Positions 38,481 to 47,287 of a DNA stretch of 64,000 bases are shown piece after piece; position 1 is the first letter of the stretch, and every line of letters begins with the position of its first letter. Made by a program: the position numbers and the translations under genes. The stretch spans positions 97,128 through 161,127 of the forward strand of contig JBBRSB010000005.1 of assembly GCA_038245785.1 (NCBI GenBank). The letters run 5' to 3'. Below the pieces are notes generated by a model. The model ran no database searches and was not told where the DNA came from. It saw only the letters and a list, made by a program, of their open reading frames with translations. This DNA comes from Gloeobacterales cyanobacterium (GTDB taxonomy: Bacteria; Cyanobacteriota; Cyanobacteriia; Gloeobacterales; PMM-0068).

Positions 38481-38921
38481 TTAGCGCTGAGACAGGGCCT
38501 GCTTCAGATTTTCCAGACGCCACTGGAACATCGTCTCCAGCCCAAAGCGAACTAAAGTATCGTCCAGCAAAGGATTCAGCTCAAAGTTGACCGCATCCAC
38601 CAAACGCGTCTGATTGTCCGAAATAGAGATGAACTGGTGGGTGTGCTCCCAGAAAGAAAAAGGACCACTTACTTGCTGATCGATAAAGCAAGTCGGAGGC
38701 TCCCAGCGAATGATCTGTACCTGCCAATCGATGGCAGCAGGACCAAAAAGCTCTACCCGGACTGTGAAGCGGGTACCCAACTGACAGATTACATTCGGTT
38801 CTAGCAGCTTAACCTTGGGGAAGGGGGGAGCAATGCGCTCTAGAAGCGTCACATCCTCATGCGCTTTCCACACCTCTTTGACCGGAAGATTGACCGTCGT
38901 ACTGACTTCAAATTTTGCCAA
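38481..38921 (-). CDS. SRPBCC family protein
   Basis: VW..HE....LERIAPP, FIDQQVSGPFSFWEHTHQF, TRLVD. Confidence 0.85.
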   Translation of the reverse strand: MAKFEVSTTVNLPVKEVWKAHEDVTLLERIAPPFPKVKLLEPNVICQLGTRFTVRVELFGPAAIDWQVQIIRWEPPTCFIDQQVSGPFSFWEHTHQFISISDNQTRLVDAVNFELNPLLDDTLVRFGLETMFQWRLENLKQALSQR

Positions 38922-38985
38922 GGATGTCTGGTCTCCAGAAAGTGAAACCCTAATGGAGGCAATCTATCACAGATTTTAGAATGGA

Positions 38986-40008
38986 CTATCTAATGTGGAA
39001 GACAGACCGCTGAACTTTGCTACCTTTTAGTTCCGTCTTATGCCAGGAACTTTCATCATTCATTGGTACCCAGCGGCGTTCTTCTTTGCGATAATGCCAG
39101 TCTGTATCATTTTGATAGTAAACCTGGATGCCCCTGCCCTCAAGAATGTTGAGAATTTCATTGTTGTGATAGTTGTGTTCATCAAAATCAGTCAGAGCCC
39201 GTTGGCCCATTTCTGAGTACAGCTTGTTTAACTCCAAGAGCAAGTTGTTGATTTTAGGATTAATTGGTTTTACATTCAGCCCTAAACTATCGGCTTCTTT
39301 CAAGGTAATCGGATAGGAATGAGCAGGATAGTTGTAGTTTAATTGACTGCTAATTTTCTGAGCTTTTTCTAAATCTTCCATGTGATAGGACAAAATCTCT
39401 GTGCAGAGTTTCGTAGAGAGAGAACTAGCCCGGTCTAAAGCACCAATAACTAAAGGATGAACGTATTGGAACAAAGAATGATAGGGATTAGAATCTACTT
39501 CTTTTGATTCTTTACGCCATAGATCAATAACCCGTGTCAGCTCATCTTGACTCACCGATACCAGACCATTAAATGTATCAACGGGCGATAAATCATGGGT
39601 CATCGAAGTATCTACAGCCGTCAGGTAGGCCAGAGGCCCCATATGAATTTCATCAGCCCCCAAAATAATCATGGTGGCAGCGGAAGCACAAACTAAAGGA
39701 ACCAAGGCGGTCAAACGTGGAGTATAGTGTCTCAACAGATGCACCATCCGCAAAGAGGCGATGCCCGCTCCTCCGTTAGATTTTACAAATAAGATAATTT
39801 CATCTCTATTGCCCAGTTTTTGAAGCACCTCATAAAGACCAATAACATCATGTTGGCAAACGCTGCCATTCGGAGAGGTCCAATAGCTTAAGAAAGAAGC
39901 ATTAAGTTCAGCTTCTATCCGTTCAATTATTTTTTGCGTTTTTCTAAAAAGAATAGGAGGCTTGTTGAGCTTTTTGCATCTATCCAACACTTCAATAACT
40001 TGGTCCAT
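38986..40008 (-). CDS. SDH-family Clp-fold serine protease-like protein
   Basis: SNGG, ASAATMIILGADEIHMGP, HSYPIT..EA..LGLNV. Confidence 0.75.
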   Translation of the reverse strand: MDQVIEVLDRCKKLNKPPILFRKTQKIIERIEAELNASFLSYWTSPNGSVCQHDVIGLYEVLQKLGNRDEIILFVKSNGGAGIASLRMVHLLRHYTPRLTALVPLVCASAATMIILGADEIHMGPLAYLTAVDTSMTHDLSPVDTFNGLVSVSQDELTRVIDLWRKESKEVDSNPYHSLFQYVHPLVIGALDRASSLSTKLCTEILSYHMEDLEKAQKISSQLNYNYPAHSYPITLKEADSLGLNVKPINPKINNLLLELNKLYSEMGQRALTDFDEHNYHNNEILNILEGRGIQVYYQNDTDWHYRKEERRWVPMNDESSWHKTELKGSKVQRSVFHIR

Positions 40009-40284
40009 TCAGAATGCTCTAAATAATTTGTCTTGTGCAGGGCAAGACTATGGTTTAAGAATTCCCTAGATTGGCTTACCTTTATCAGTATTGAATTCAT
40101 TTATCAATAGGTTTTCTAACAGGAAAATAAAGCTTCAATGAAGGTCTCGACACACAGCCAAAGTAGAGAAGCTGAGCAAGAGATGCTCTGCGCTCAGGAG
40201 TAGACGGCAGCAGAACTGAGCTATGATTTTGGCCTGTGCGCCGACTAGCTAGACGAGCGACTAGTAAAAAGAAGTGAGGCTCCC

Positions 40285-41427
40285 ATGCAAGATAAAGGCT
40301 TTTTGATGATTCCAGGACCAACTCCGGTCCCCGAATCTGTACTCCTATCCATGGCGCGCCATCCCATCGGCCACCGGACTAAGGATTTCTCAGCGGTGAT
40401 AGAGGATGTGACGGAAAAGCTTCGTTGGCTTCACCAAACCAAAGGGGAGGTGCTAACCCTCACTACTAGCGGCACGGGAGCTATGGAAGCGGCTATCGTC
40501 AGTGCCCTTTCCCCCGGAGACAAAGTACTGGTTCTGGTCAATGGCAAGTTTGGTAATCGTTGGACCAAGATGGTCAAAGCCTTCCAATGCGATGTCACCG
40601 TCCTTTCTGAAGAATGGGGCAAAGCGATCGATCCGGCAAAAGTTAAGGAAGCCTTAGCGAAGCCTGGTACCTATAAAGCCGTCATCATTACCCACAGTGA
40701 AACTTCTACGGCGGTTATCAATGATTTAGAGACCATTGCGGGCTACATTCAGGATCATGGTGCCCTTTCCATAGTCGATGCCGTTACCAGCTTAGGGGCT
40801 ACTCCAGTGCCGATGGATGATTGGGGACTGGATTTTGTCACCAGTGCCTCTCAGAAGGGTTACATGATGCCTCCTGGTTTGGGATTCATAGGCGTCAGTG
40901 CCAAAGGCTGGGAAGCCGTTGAGAAATCTACTATGCCCCGTTTTTTCTTCGATCTCCTGAAGTATCGCAAAGCGATGAAAGATTCTTCTACACCGTTTAC
41001 CCCCGCCATCAACTTGATCTATGCCGTGCAAACGGCCCTGGGCCTGATGCAACAAGAAGGCCTAGAAAACATCTTTGCCCGTCACCATCGTCATAAAGAG
41101 GCACTCCGGGCTGGCACTAAAGCCTTAGGACTAGCCACCTATGTAGCTGATGATAAAGCTGCGGCTCCAGCAGTAACGGCCATTTTGCCGCCTGAGGGGG
41201 TGGGTGCTGACCAAATGCGCGACATCCTCAAGAAGCGCTATGACATTGCCTTAGCCGGTGGCCAAGACCAGCTCAAGGACAAGATTTTCCGGGTCGGCCA
41301 TCTCGGATTTGTCAGCGACCGCGATGTGCTAACTGTTTTGGCCGCGATTGAAGGAGCACTTCAAGAACTAGGGCATGATCTTGCCCCTGGCGCTGGAGTA
41401 GCCGCAGCTTTGAAGCATTTGGGGTAA
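40285..41427 (+). CDS. Class V PLP aminotransferase (alanine-glyoxylate / serine-pyruvate family)
   Basis: MIPGPTPVP, SGTGAMEA, HSETST, VDAVTS, SQKGYMMPPG, FRVGHLG. Confidence 0.92.
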   Translation: MQDKGFLMIPGPTPVPESVLLSMARHPIGHRTKDFSAVIEDVTEKLRWLHQTKGEVLTLTTSGTGAMEAAIVSALSPGDKVLVLVNGKFGNRWTKMVKAFQCDVTVLSEEWGKAIDPAKVKEALAKPGTYKAVIITHSETSTAVINDLETIAGYIQDHGALSIVDAVTSLGATPVPMDDWGLDFVTSASQKGYMMPPGLGFIGVSAKGWEAVEKSTMPRFFFDLLKYRKAMKDSSTPFTPAINLIYAVQTALGLMQQEGLENIFARHHRHKEALRAGTKALGLATYVADDKAAAPAVTAILPPEGVGADQMRDILKKRYDIALAGGQDQLKDKIFRVGHLGFVSDRDVLTVLAAIEGALQELGHDLAPGAGVAAALKHLG

Positions 41428-41485
41428 TGGTACCTTTAGCCTGAACTTGGGGACTATCAGTGTGTAGTGCGCATAGTCCCCATCC

Positions 41486-43522
41486 ATGAAACGATCTGAC
41501 GAAAAAATTCCACTGGTCCTGATTGCAGACGATGACCGAGTGATTCGGCTTGCTTTGAAGCGGGTTATGAAACAGGCTGGTTATCGAGTGGTGGAAGCGG
41601 CGGATGGTCAGCAATGTTTAGCTGAGTATATAAAACATCAGCCAGAGATTGTTTTCCTTGATGCCATGATGCCCGTCATGGATGGATTTGCCACCTGCAA
41701 ATACCTGCGCTCCTTGGCTGGCTCGTCCCCGCTAATTTTCTTAATCACCAGTCTTGAGGATGAAGCCTCCATCGCCCAAGGGTTTGAAGAAGGGGTCGAT
41801 GACTTTATTTTGAAGCCCATCCACTGGAAGCTTCTCCAACGGCGAGTAGGACACTTTTTACAGGCCAAAAGAACCAAGGATGCTCTACATGAGAGTGAAG
41901 CGAGCCTCGCTGGTGCACAGCAGATTGCTCATATCGGTAGCTGGGATCTCAATATAGTGACCAATAAGCTCCAGTGGTCCGCAGAAATCTACCGTATTTT
42001 TGGACTCCTAGAAGGCGAAGTCACCGCTACCTACGATTTATTGATTGAGAAGATTCATGCTGATGACCGTCTATTGGTCAAACAGGCTATGGACAGAGCG
42101 CTGTACGAGCATGAAACATTCAGCATGGACCATCGGATTGTGCGGCCTAATGAAGCCGAGCGTATCGTCCATTCTCGTGCAGAAGTGGTCTACAACAAGG
42201 ATGGCTGGGCTACGCGGATGGTGGGAACCATTCACGATATTACAGAACGCAAACAGGCGGAGAATAAGCTAACCTACTTGGCTCACCATGACCCCCTGAC
42301 CGGACTTTATAACCGAGCATACTTACTCGAAAAGCTGCAGAGGGTTCTAAAAATAAGGAATCGGACAAGGGGAGCCTTACTGTTTGTAGACCTTGATAAC
42401 TTTAAGATTGTCAACGATTCTCTAGGGCACGCTACGGGAGACCGACTCCTCACCACCTTGAGCAGCAAGCTGCAGTATATTCTGCGGGAAGAAGACACCT
42501 TTGCGCGCATCGGGGGAGATGAGTTTGCACTTCTGATGGAAGACACCAATCCCGAAGAAGCTCAGCAAGTGGCCGAAAGACTCTTGCACTTCATCGGAGA
42601 CTTCCGCTATAGCGAAGGCGGCCTTACCTTTGCCATAGGAGGTAGCATCGGTCTCGCTTTCATGGAGCCGGCTTTGGAGGCAGAAGAACTCTTGGCCCGA
42701 GCCGATAGAGCCTGCTATCTATCCAAAGCTCGGGGCCGCAACCGAATTGAGGTCTATCAGCCAGGACAGGATGAACTCCAGTGCGCAGCAGAAGAAGCCA
42801 GCTGGACGACGCGGATTAAAGATGCGCTGAAAGAAAAAGGGTTCAGGCTCTGGTTTCAACCTGTATTTCAGGTAGCAACCCAGCAGATAAACCACTATGA
42901 AGCCCTCCTCCGGATGCAAGGACGGGATGGTCAAGTTGTACCTCCAGGCGCTTTTATCCCTGCTGCTGAGCGTTTTGGCTTGATGAATCAGATAGACTAC
43001 TGGGTAATCCAGGAAGCTGTCCAATACTTAGCAGCACACCCAGAAATACATTTGGCGGTGAATCTATCTGGAAAATCGCTGAGTGATCCAGCCCTCAAAG
43101 ATTTCATCGGTCTGAATTTAGAGCAGCAGAGCGTAGACCCCAAACGGCTCAGTTTTGAAATTACAGAAACGGCCGCGGTAGTGAATCTTGAAAAAGCGCG
43201 CCTGTTCATACATGACATGAAATCACTAGGCTGCAAATTTGCCCTGGATGACTTTGGCGCAGGCTTTTCGTCCTTTACTTATCTGCGGGAGCTACCCGTA
43301 GACCATCTCAAAATCGATGGCAGCTTCATCCGTAATTTAGACCAAGACCCGATCAATCAAGCGCTGGTCCGCTCTATTCATGAAATGGCTAGAGCGCTGG
43401 GTAAGCAGACTATTGCTGAATTTGTAGAAAATGAGGCCATTTTACAGATCCTGCAAGAAATAGGTGTTGATTACGCCCAGGGATATCATCTTGGACGCCC
43501 CAGCCCAAACTGCTTCCTATGA
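41486..43522 (+). CDS. REC-PAS-GGDEF-EAL c-di-GMP enzyme
   Basis: Receiver IADDD...LDAMMP...KP; PAS/PAC ending DITERK; HDPLTGL, DLDNFK, REED-x5-GGDEF; YEALLR, EITE, DDFGAGFSS, LKIDGSF, AEFVE, QGY. Confidence 0.95.
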   Translation: MKRSDEKIPLVLIADDDRVIRLALKRVMKQAGYRVVEAADGQQCLAEYIKHQPEIVFLDAMMPVMDGFATCKYLRSLAGSSPLIFLITSLEDEASIAQGFEEGVDDFILKPIHWKLLQRRVGHFLQAKRTKDALHESEASLAGAQQIAHIGSWDLNIVTNKLQWSAEIYRIFGLLEGEVTATYDLLIEKIHADDRLLVKQAMDRALYEHETFSMDHRIVRPNEAERIVHSRAEVVYNKDGWATRMVGTIHDITERKQAENKLTYLAHHDPLTGLYNRAYLLEKLQRVLKIRNRTRGALLFVDLDNFKIVNDSLGHATGDRLLTTLSSKLQYILREEDTFARIGGDEFALLMEDTNPEEAQQVAERLLHFIGDFRYSEGGLTFAIGGSIGLAFMEPALEAEELLARADRACYLSKARGRNRIEVYQPGQDELQCAAEEASWTTRIKDALKEKGFRLWFQPVFQVATQQINHYEALLRMQGRDGQVVPPGAFIPAAERFGLMNQIDYWVIQEAVQYLAAHPEIHLAVNLSGKSLSDPALKDFIGLNLEQQSVDPKRLSFEITETAAVVNLEKARLFIHDMKSLGCKFALDDFGAGFSSFTYLRELPVDHLKIDGSFIRNLDQDPINQALVRSIHEMARALGKQTIAEFVENEAILQILQEIGVDYAQGYHLGRPSPNCFL

Positions 43523-43616
43523 AGCAAACTTCTTAGAATCTTGATACCAACTTCATGATGCGCAATTTTGTGAGGGAATTTTAATTTTATCAACGGTAGC
43601 AAAAAGGCAATCCGGG

Positions 43617-44480
43617 ATGGCCGAAGTTGCTCCTGTCCCTACACAAAAGTCTGTCACGCTTGGAACGGTACTCACGCGCGAAGGACTGATTACGGTTCGT
43701 CAGCTGGACTATGCCCTAGCAGAACAGCAGGAAGAAGCGGCACAAGCGCAAGGGTTCTTGCTGGGTGAAATTTTTATCCGTTGGGGCCTGCTCACGGAAG
43801 CAGAACTCGTCGATGCGCTGAACCAGCAATACTTCCTCAATGAAGGTCATCGTTTTGGTGAGCAGATCCATCGTTCAGTACACAGTAAATCAAAGCGAAT
43901 CCTAGATGTTGTAATAGCTAGCTTTGGCTTGATTATGGCGTTCCTGCTTGCCCCCTTTATCGCGCTCGCTATTTATCTGGAAGACCGAGGTCCTATCTTG
44001 TTCTCCCAACCTCGGGTCGGCCTAAGAGGCAAACAGTTCACAATTTTCAAATTTCGCTCTATGGTACCTGATGCGGAGCGACAGAAAGCAGCGCTCATGG
44101 GGTCCAACTACAAGTTTTTTAATCTGGAAGCAGACAAACGGGTCACACGGGTAGGCGCTTTCTTGCGCAAAACCCACTTGGATGAATTTCCTCAATTTTG
44201 GAATGTGCTCAAAGGAGAAATGAGTTTGGTGGGCACACGTCCTCCAACCCTGGATGAAGTCAAAAACTATGCCCATGAAGAATGGCAGAGACTGGCTATC
44301 AAACCAGGGGTCACCGGTCTTTGGCAATTGAGTCCAAAACGACGCCGCAGAGACTTTGCCAGCATCTTAGCGCTAGATATGCAATACCAGTCTGAATGGA
44401 GCGTCTGGTATGACATCGGCCTGATCCTCCAGTCCCTAAAGCATGTCTTTTCGCAAGTTTTCAAGAGAGAAGTGAAATGA
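43617..44480 (+). CDS. Priming sugar (phosphoglycosyl) transferase with N-terminal MshEN-like domain
   Basis: KRILD, FKFRSM, RVTRVGAFLRKTHLDEFPQFWNVLKGEMSLVGTRP, KPGVTGLWQ; N-terminal tandem xLGxxL..G(L/I)...L..AL..Q repeats. Confidence 0.9.
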   Translation: MAEVAPVPTQKSVTLGTVLTREGLITVRQLDYALAEQQEEAAQAQGFLLGEIFIRWGLLTEAELVDALNQQYFLNEGHRFGEQIHRSVHSKSKRILDVVIASFGLIMAFLLAPFIALAIYLEDRGPILFSQPRVGLRGKQFTIFKFRSMVPDAERQKAALMGSNYKFFNLEADKRVTRVGAFLRKTHLDEFPQFWNVLKGEMSLVGTRPPTLDEVKNYAHEEWQRLAIKPGVTGLWQLSPKRRRRDFASILALDMQYQSEWSVWYDIGLILQSLKHVFSQVFKREVK

Positions 44481-44926
44481 AGATACTGCTCGTTTGCTCC
44501 TCAGGTGGCCATTTCGCAGGCATGATGCGCCTCAAAAAGTTTTGGGGACGGCATGAACGTACATGGGTAACGTTCCGTAATCCCAGTACAGAAGGTGATT
44601 TACAGGGAGAAAAAGTTTGGTGGGCTTTTAGTCCTACCAATCGAAACCTCATCAACTTAGTACGCAATTTTTTCTTGGCGATCTTTGTGCTCTTAAAAGA
44701 AAGACCTAACCTCGTAGTCACTACAGGCGCGGGTGTAGCCGTACCTTTTCTATTCTTAGCGCGCCTCTTGGGAGCGAAGGCAGCTTTTGTCGAGTCAATT
44801 ACTCGGGTTAAATCTTTAAGCCTTTCGGCACGTTTGGTTTCTCCCTTCGCTGAAGTCTACGTGCAATGGCCAGAACTCCATCAGAACTACCCCAGAACGA
44901 TCTATGCGGAGGCAACCAATCCATGA
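44477..44926 (+). CDS. PssD/Cps14F (Alg14-like) glycosyltransferase subunit
   Basis: LVCSSGGH, VTTGAGVAVP, FVESITR...SLSARL, VQWPE. Confidence 0.9.
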   Translation: MKILLVCSSGGHFAGMMRLKKFWGRHERTWVTFRNPSTEGDLQGEKVWWAFSPTNRNLINLVRNFFLAIFVLLKERPNLVVTTGAGVAVPFLFLARLLGAKAAFVESITRVKSLSLSARLVSPFAEVYVQWPELHQNYPRTIYAEATNP

Positions 44927-45441
44927 TCTTTGTCACCGTGGGAACGGAACAATTTCCCTTCAACCGCTTGTTGGACTGGGTAGGTCGAGCAGTCAGCAAA
45001 GGTCAAATCCAAGAAGAAGTGATTATCCAGGCAGGGTCCTGCACCGATACAGTAGAGGGGGCCACCATGCACTCTACCCTCACCCAGAAAGATTTCAGGG
45101 CAATTAGTCGCAAGGCGCGGGCGATCATCAGTCATTGTGGAGAAGGTTCTTTCTTTGCCTTAAGGGATTTAGAAAAACCATTTATTTTAGTTCCTCGCCG
45201 TCATGGGTTGGGAGAACATTTAGATGATCATCAGTGGGAAATGGCTAAAGCACTAAATAAGCTCGGTATTCCGGTTGGCTGGATGCCTGTAGATATCCAA
45301 GACTTCATCCAAGAAACACCAGCCTACAAAGAAGTCCCTCTACCTGCTTCTTTTTTGATCGAGAATATGATTGAGCGCTACGCTCCTCTGAAATCTGAAG
45401 AACAACTGCCACAGTGGAATAACCAAGGCTTTGCCCTATGA
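44923..45441 (+). CDS. PssE/Cps14G (Alg13-like) glycosyltransferase subunit
   Basis: MIFVTVGTEQFPFNRL, ISHCGEGS, VPRRHGLGEHLDDHQ; ATGA overlap with the previous gene. Confidence 0.9.
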   Translation: MIFVTVGTEQFPFNRLLDWVGRAVSKGQIQEEVIIQAGSCTDTVEGATMHSTLTQKDFRAISRKARAIISHCGEGSFFALRDLEKPFILVPRRHGLGEHLDDHQWEMAKALNKLGIPVGWMPVDIQDFIQETPAYKEVPLPASFLIENMIERYAPLKSEEQLPQWNNQGFAL

Positions 45442-45453
45442 GCGTTTCTCCTC

Positions 45454-45609
45454 ATGCTTAAAAGAATCCTCTCGGTCAGTCAGCGTTGGTTCCGCACACC
45501 AGGAACGCAAGATCTTTGGATGTTTATGGTGCTGTGCACCATTCCGATAGTGCTCGCTGTTTTGTTGCTCTGGATGAATCCAGTTACAGTTTCCTTCCTA
45601 GGCGCTTAA
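45454..45609 (+). CDS. Putative 51-aa single-TM membrane protein (below ORF-track cutoff)
   Basis: MLKRILSVSQRWFRTPGTQDLWMFMVLCTIPIVLAVLLLWMNPVTVSFLGA; starts 12 bp after the pssE-like stop. Confidence 0.5.
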   Translation: MLKRILSVSQRWFRTPGTQDLWMFMVLCTIPIVLAVLLLWMNPVTVSFLGA

Positions 45610-45936
45610 CTAAAATTAGCCGATTCTACGGGAGTAAATCTATCTTCAAACAATTGTTATGCAGGTGGACCCCTCTATTTCGTCGTGCTGCAGGAGTAAT
45701 TTCCAAGGTTTATAAGGGCAGTTTATAGAGCCTTAGCAAGATCACAATATTTTTGGCAAATTCTAGCAAGACAATAGAAAGAATAACTATTATTTTAGAG
45801 TGAAGAGCTGCACGAATAATATAAAGACTCATATGAGTCTCAACTTGATGTTTGTAACATTCGCCTAAATAGCAGGGAGGTGAAAGAGGTAAATTCTGGA
45901 TATCACATCGAAGTATTCTTCTTTAAGAGCACTCCA

Positions 45937-46272
45937 ATGATAATAATTACCTGTAAAATGCAGGCAGCTTTTACGATCAAAACTTCTGACCCAAGTCCTC
46001 ATGAATATATTTCGCATATCGGTGGATATGGATGGTTGTTTTCCCAGGCACAAGCCGTAAACGCTATTTTCAATCAGCAATATTACTTCTATAGATATAT
46101 AAACGGCAGGGCACTAGATATTATCATTGGAAGTAAAGATGGGAACCCATACCTTAAAACAGAAACAGATAGTGAACAGCCAGAGCAGCTTCTAGCTCTT
46201 CCTGATTTTGATGAGCAAGGTACATTACTTGCCTTGAGACAAAATAAGAGAAAGTTTAGTAGCCTAAAATAG
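45937..46272 (+). CDS. DUF3892-like protein
   Basis: ITC...PHEYISHIGG..W..SQ..AV..I...FY...G...II....GNPYLKT..D...PEQLLALP. Start uncertain (45880 or 45937). Confidence 0.7.
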   Translation: MIIITCKMQAAFTIKTSDPSPHEYISHIGGYGWLFSQAQAVNAIFNQQYYFYRYINGRALDIIIGSKDGNPYLKTETDSEQPEQLLALPDFDEQGTLLALRQNKRKFSSLK

Positions 46273-46385
46273 AATGCTTGCAAGATCAAGAGTTTAACCG
46301 TTTAGCCTAGCCTACTTTAGCATTCATTCAAAAGTCTAGCTTAAAGCATTTACTGTTCTTCTCTCTTCACAAAGGTTCCGAAAAT

Positions 46386-47045
46386 ATGAATAGTGTTTCT
46401 CTGTCTAGTTTAAAAAAGTCTCTTGATATTGGCTCTCGTATTGCTCAAGTGCGCTTTCCTCTGCCCCAAGGCAAATTCGCAAACTCTCTCGGAATTCACA
46501 AAAACACTTTAATTCGGTATGAAAAGGGAGAGCGACTACCTGATTCAGCACTACTTTTACGCATCTGTGAACAGTACGATGTTGAGCCAGGCTGGTTACT
46601 TACAGGCAACCTAAGAAATCTCCTAGCAGGAGAAAATATAGCGACCTTAGATGAATACATACCCATTCCTTTACACTCCACTTCCTTAAACAAATCAGGA
46701 GTAGAAGAACCTATTGCCATCAAGAAAAGCTGGATGTTCAAACAACTCCAAGCCAAACCAGGAGACCTGAGTTTTTTCTGTGAAGAGGGCGAAAGCATGA
46801 AGCCCACCCTTTATCCAGGGGATATTGTTCTGGTGGATCTCCATGAAGCAGCGATACGAGATGGGCTCTATGTGCTGCAAATTGAAGATGTCATACTTAT
46901 TAAACGGCTGCAGCGTCTTTCAGGAGACCTTATTAAGGTCAGCAGTGACAATCCAGAATATGAGTCGTGGACAGCCAGCATTCATAATCTCAACCAAACC
47001 TTGAAGATCATCGGCAAAGTAGTCCGTATTTGTCAGAGACTTTAG
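46386..47045 (+). CDS. XRE-HTH / S24 peptidase (CI/LexA-like) repressor
   Basis: HTH QGKFANSLGIHKNTLIRYEKGER...WLLTG; GESMKPTLYPGD (Ser), IKRLQ (Lys), SDNPEY, IIGKVV. Confidence 0.88.
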   Translation: MNSVSLSSLKKSLDIGSRIAQVRFPLPQGKFANSLGIHKNTLIRYEKGERLPDSALLLRICEQYDVEPGWLLTGNLRNLLAGENIATLDEYIPIPLHSTSLNKSGVEEPIAIKKSWMFKQLQAKPGDLSFFCEEGESMKPTLYPGDIVLVDLHEAAIRDGLYVLQIEDVILIKRLQRLSGDLIKVSSDNPEYESWTASIHNLNQTLKIIGKVVRICQRL

Positions 47046-47287
47046 CGACTCCGCCTTGCCTGAGAAGAAATCTAAAAATCTGTTGCTCAAGATCAAGAGT
47101 AGTTCGTCGAAGCTATTTTTCAGATTTAGCACGCTTGTATTTCATTGTGCTAGTCCATATAAAAGAGCTGACGTGCCGTACATGTTTAGATCCCCATTAA
47201 TTTGAGAAATCCCGAACTCCAAAGGGCATCCTTGGTAAATCCGCTTACCCAACCAATCGATAAGGCGGATATACGAGGAGCACTATT

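Noticed and set aside
40138..40284. Riboswitch or leader peptide upstream of the aminotransferase
   Set aside because: No glycine or other riboswitch consensus recognised; the 21-codon ORF has no supporting features.
45486..45728. 80-aa TTG-start ORF
   Set aside because: Overlaps the more plausible 51-aa TM ORF in another frame; no RBS or motif.
45880..47045. Prophage inferred from the CI-like repressor
   Set aside because: No integrase, replication or structural phage genes are adjacent.
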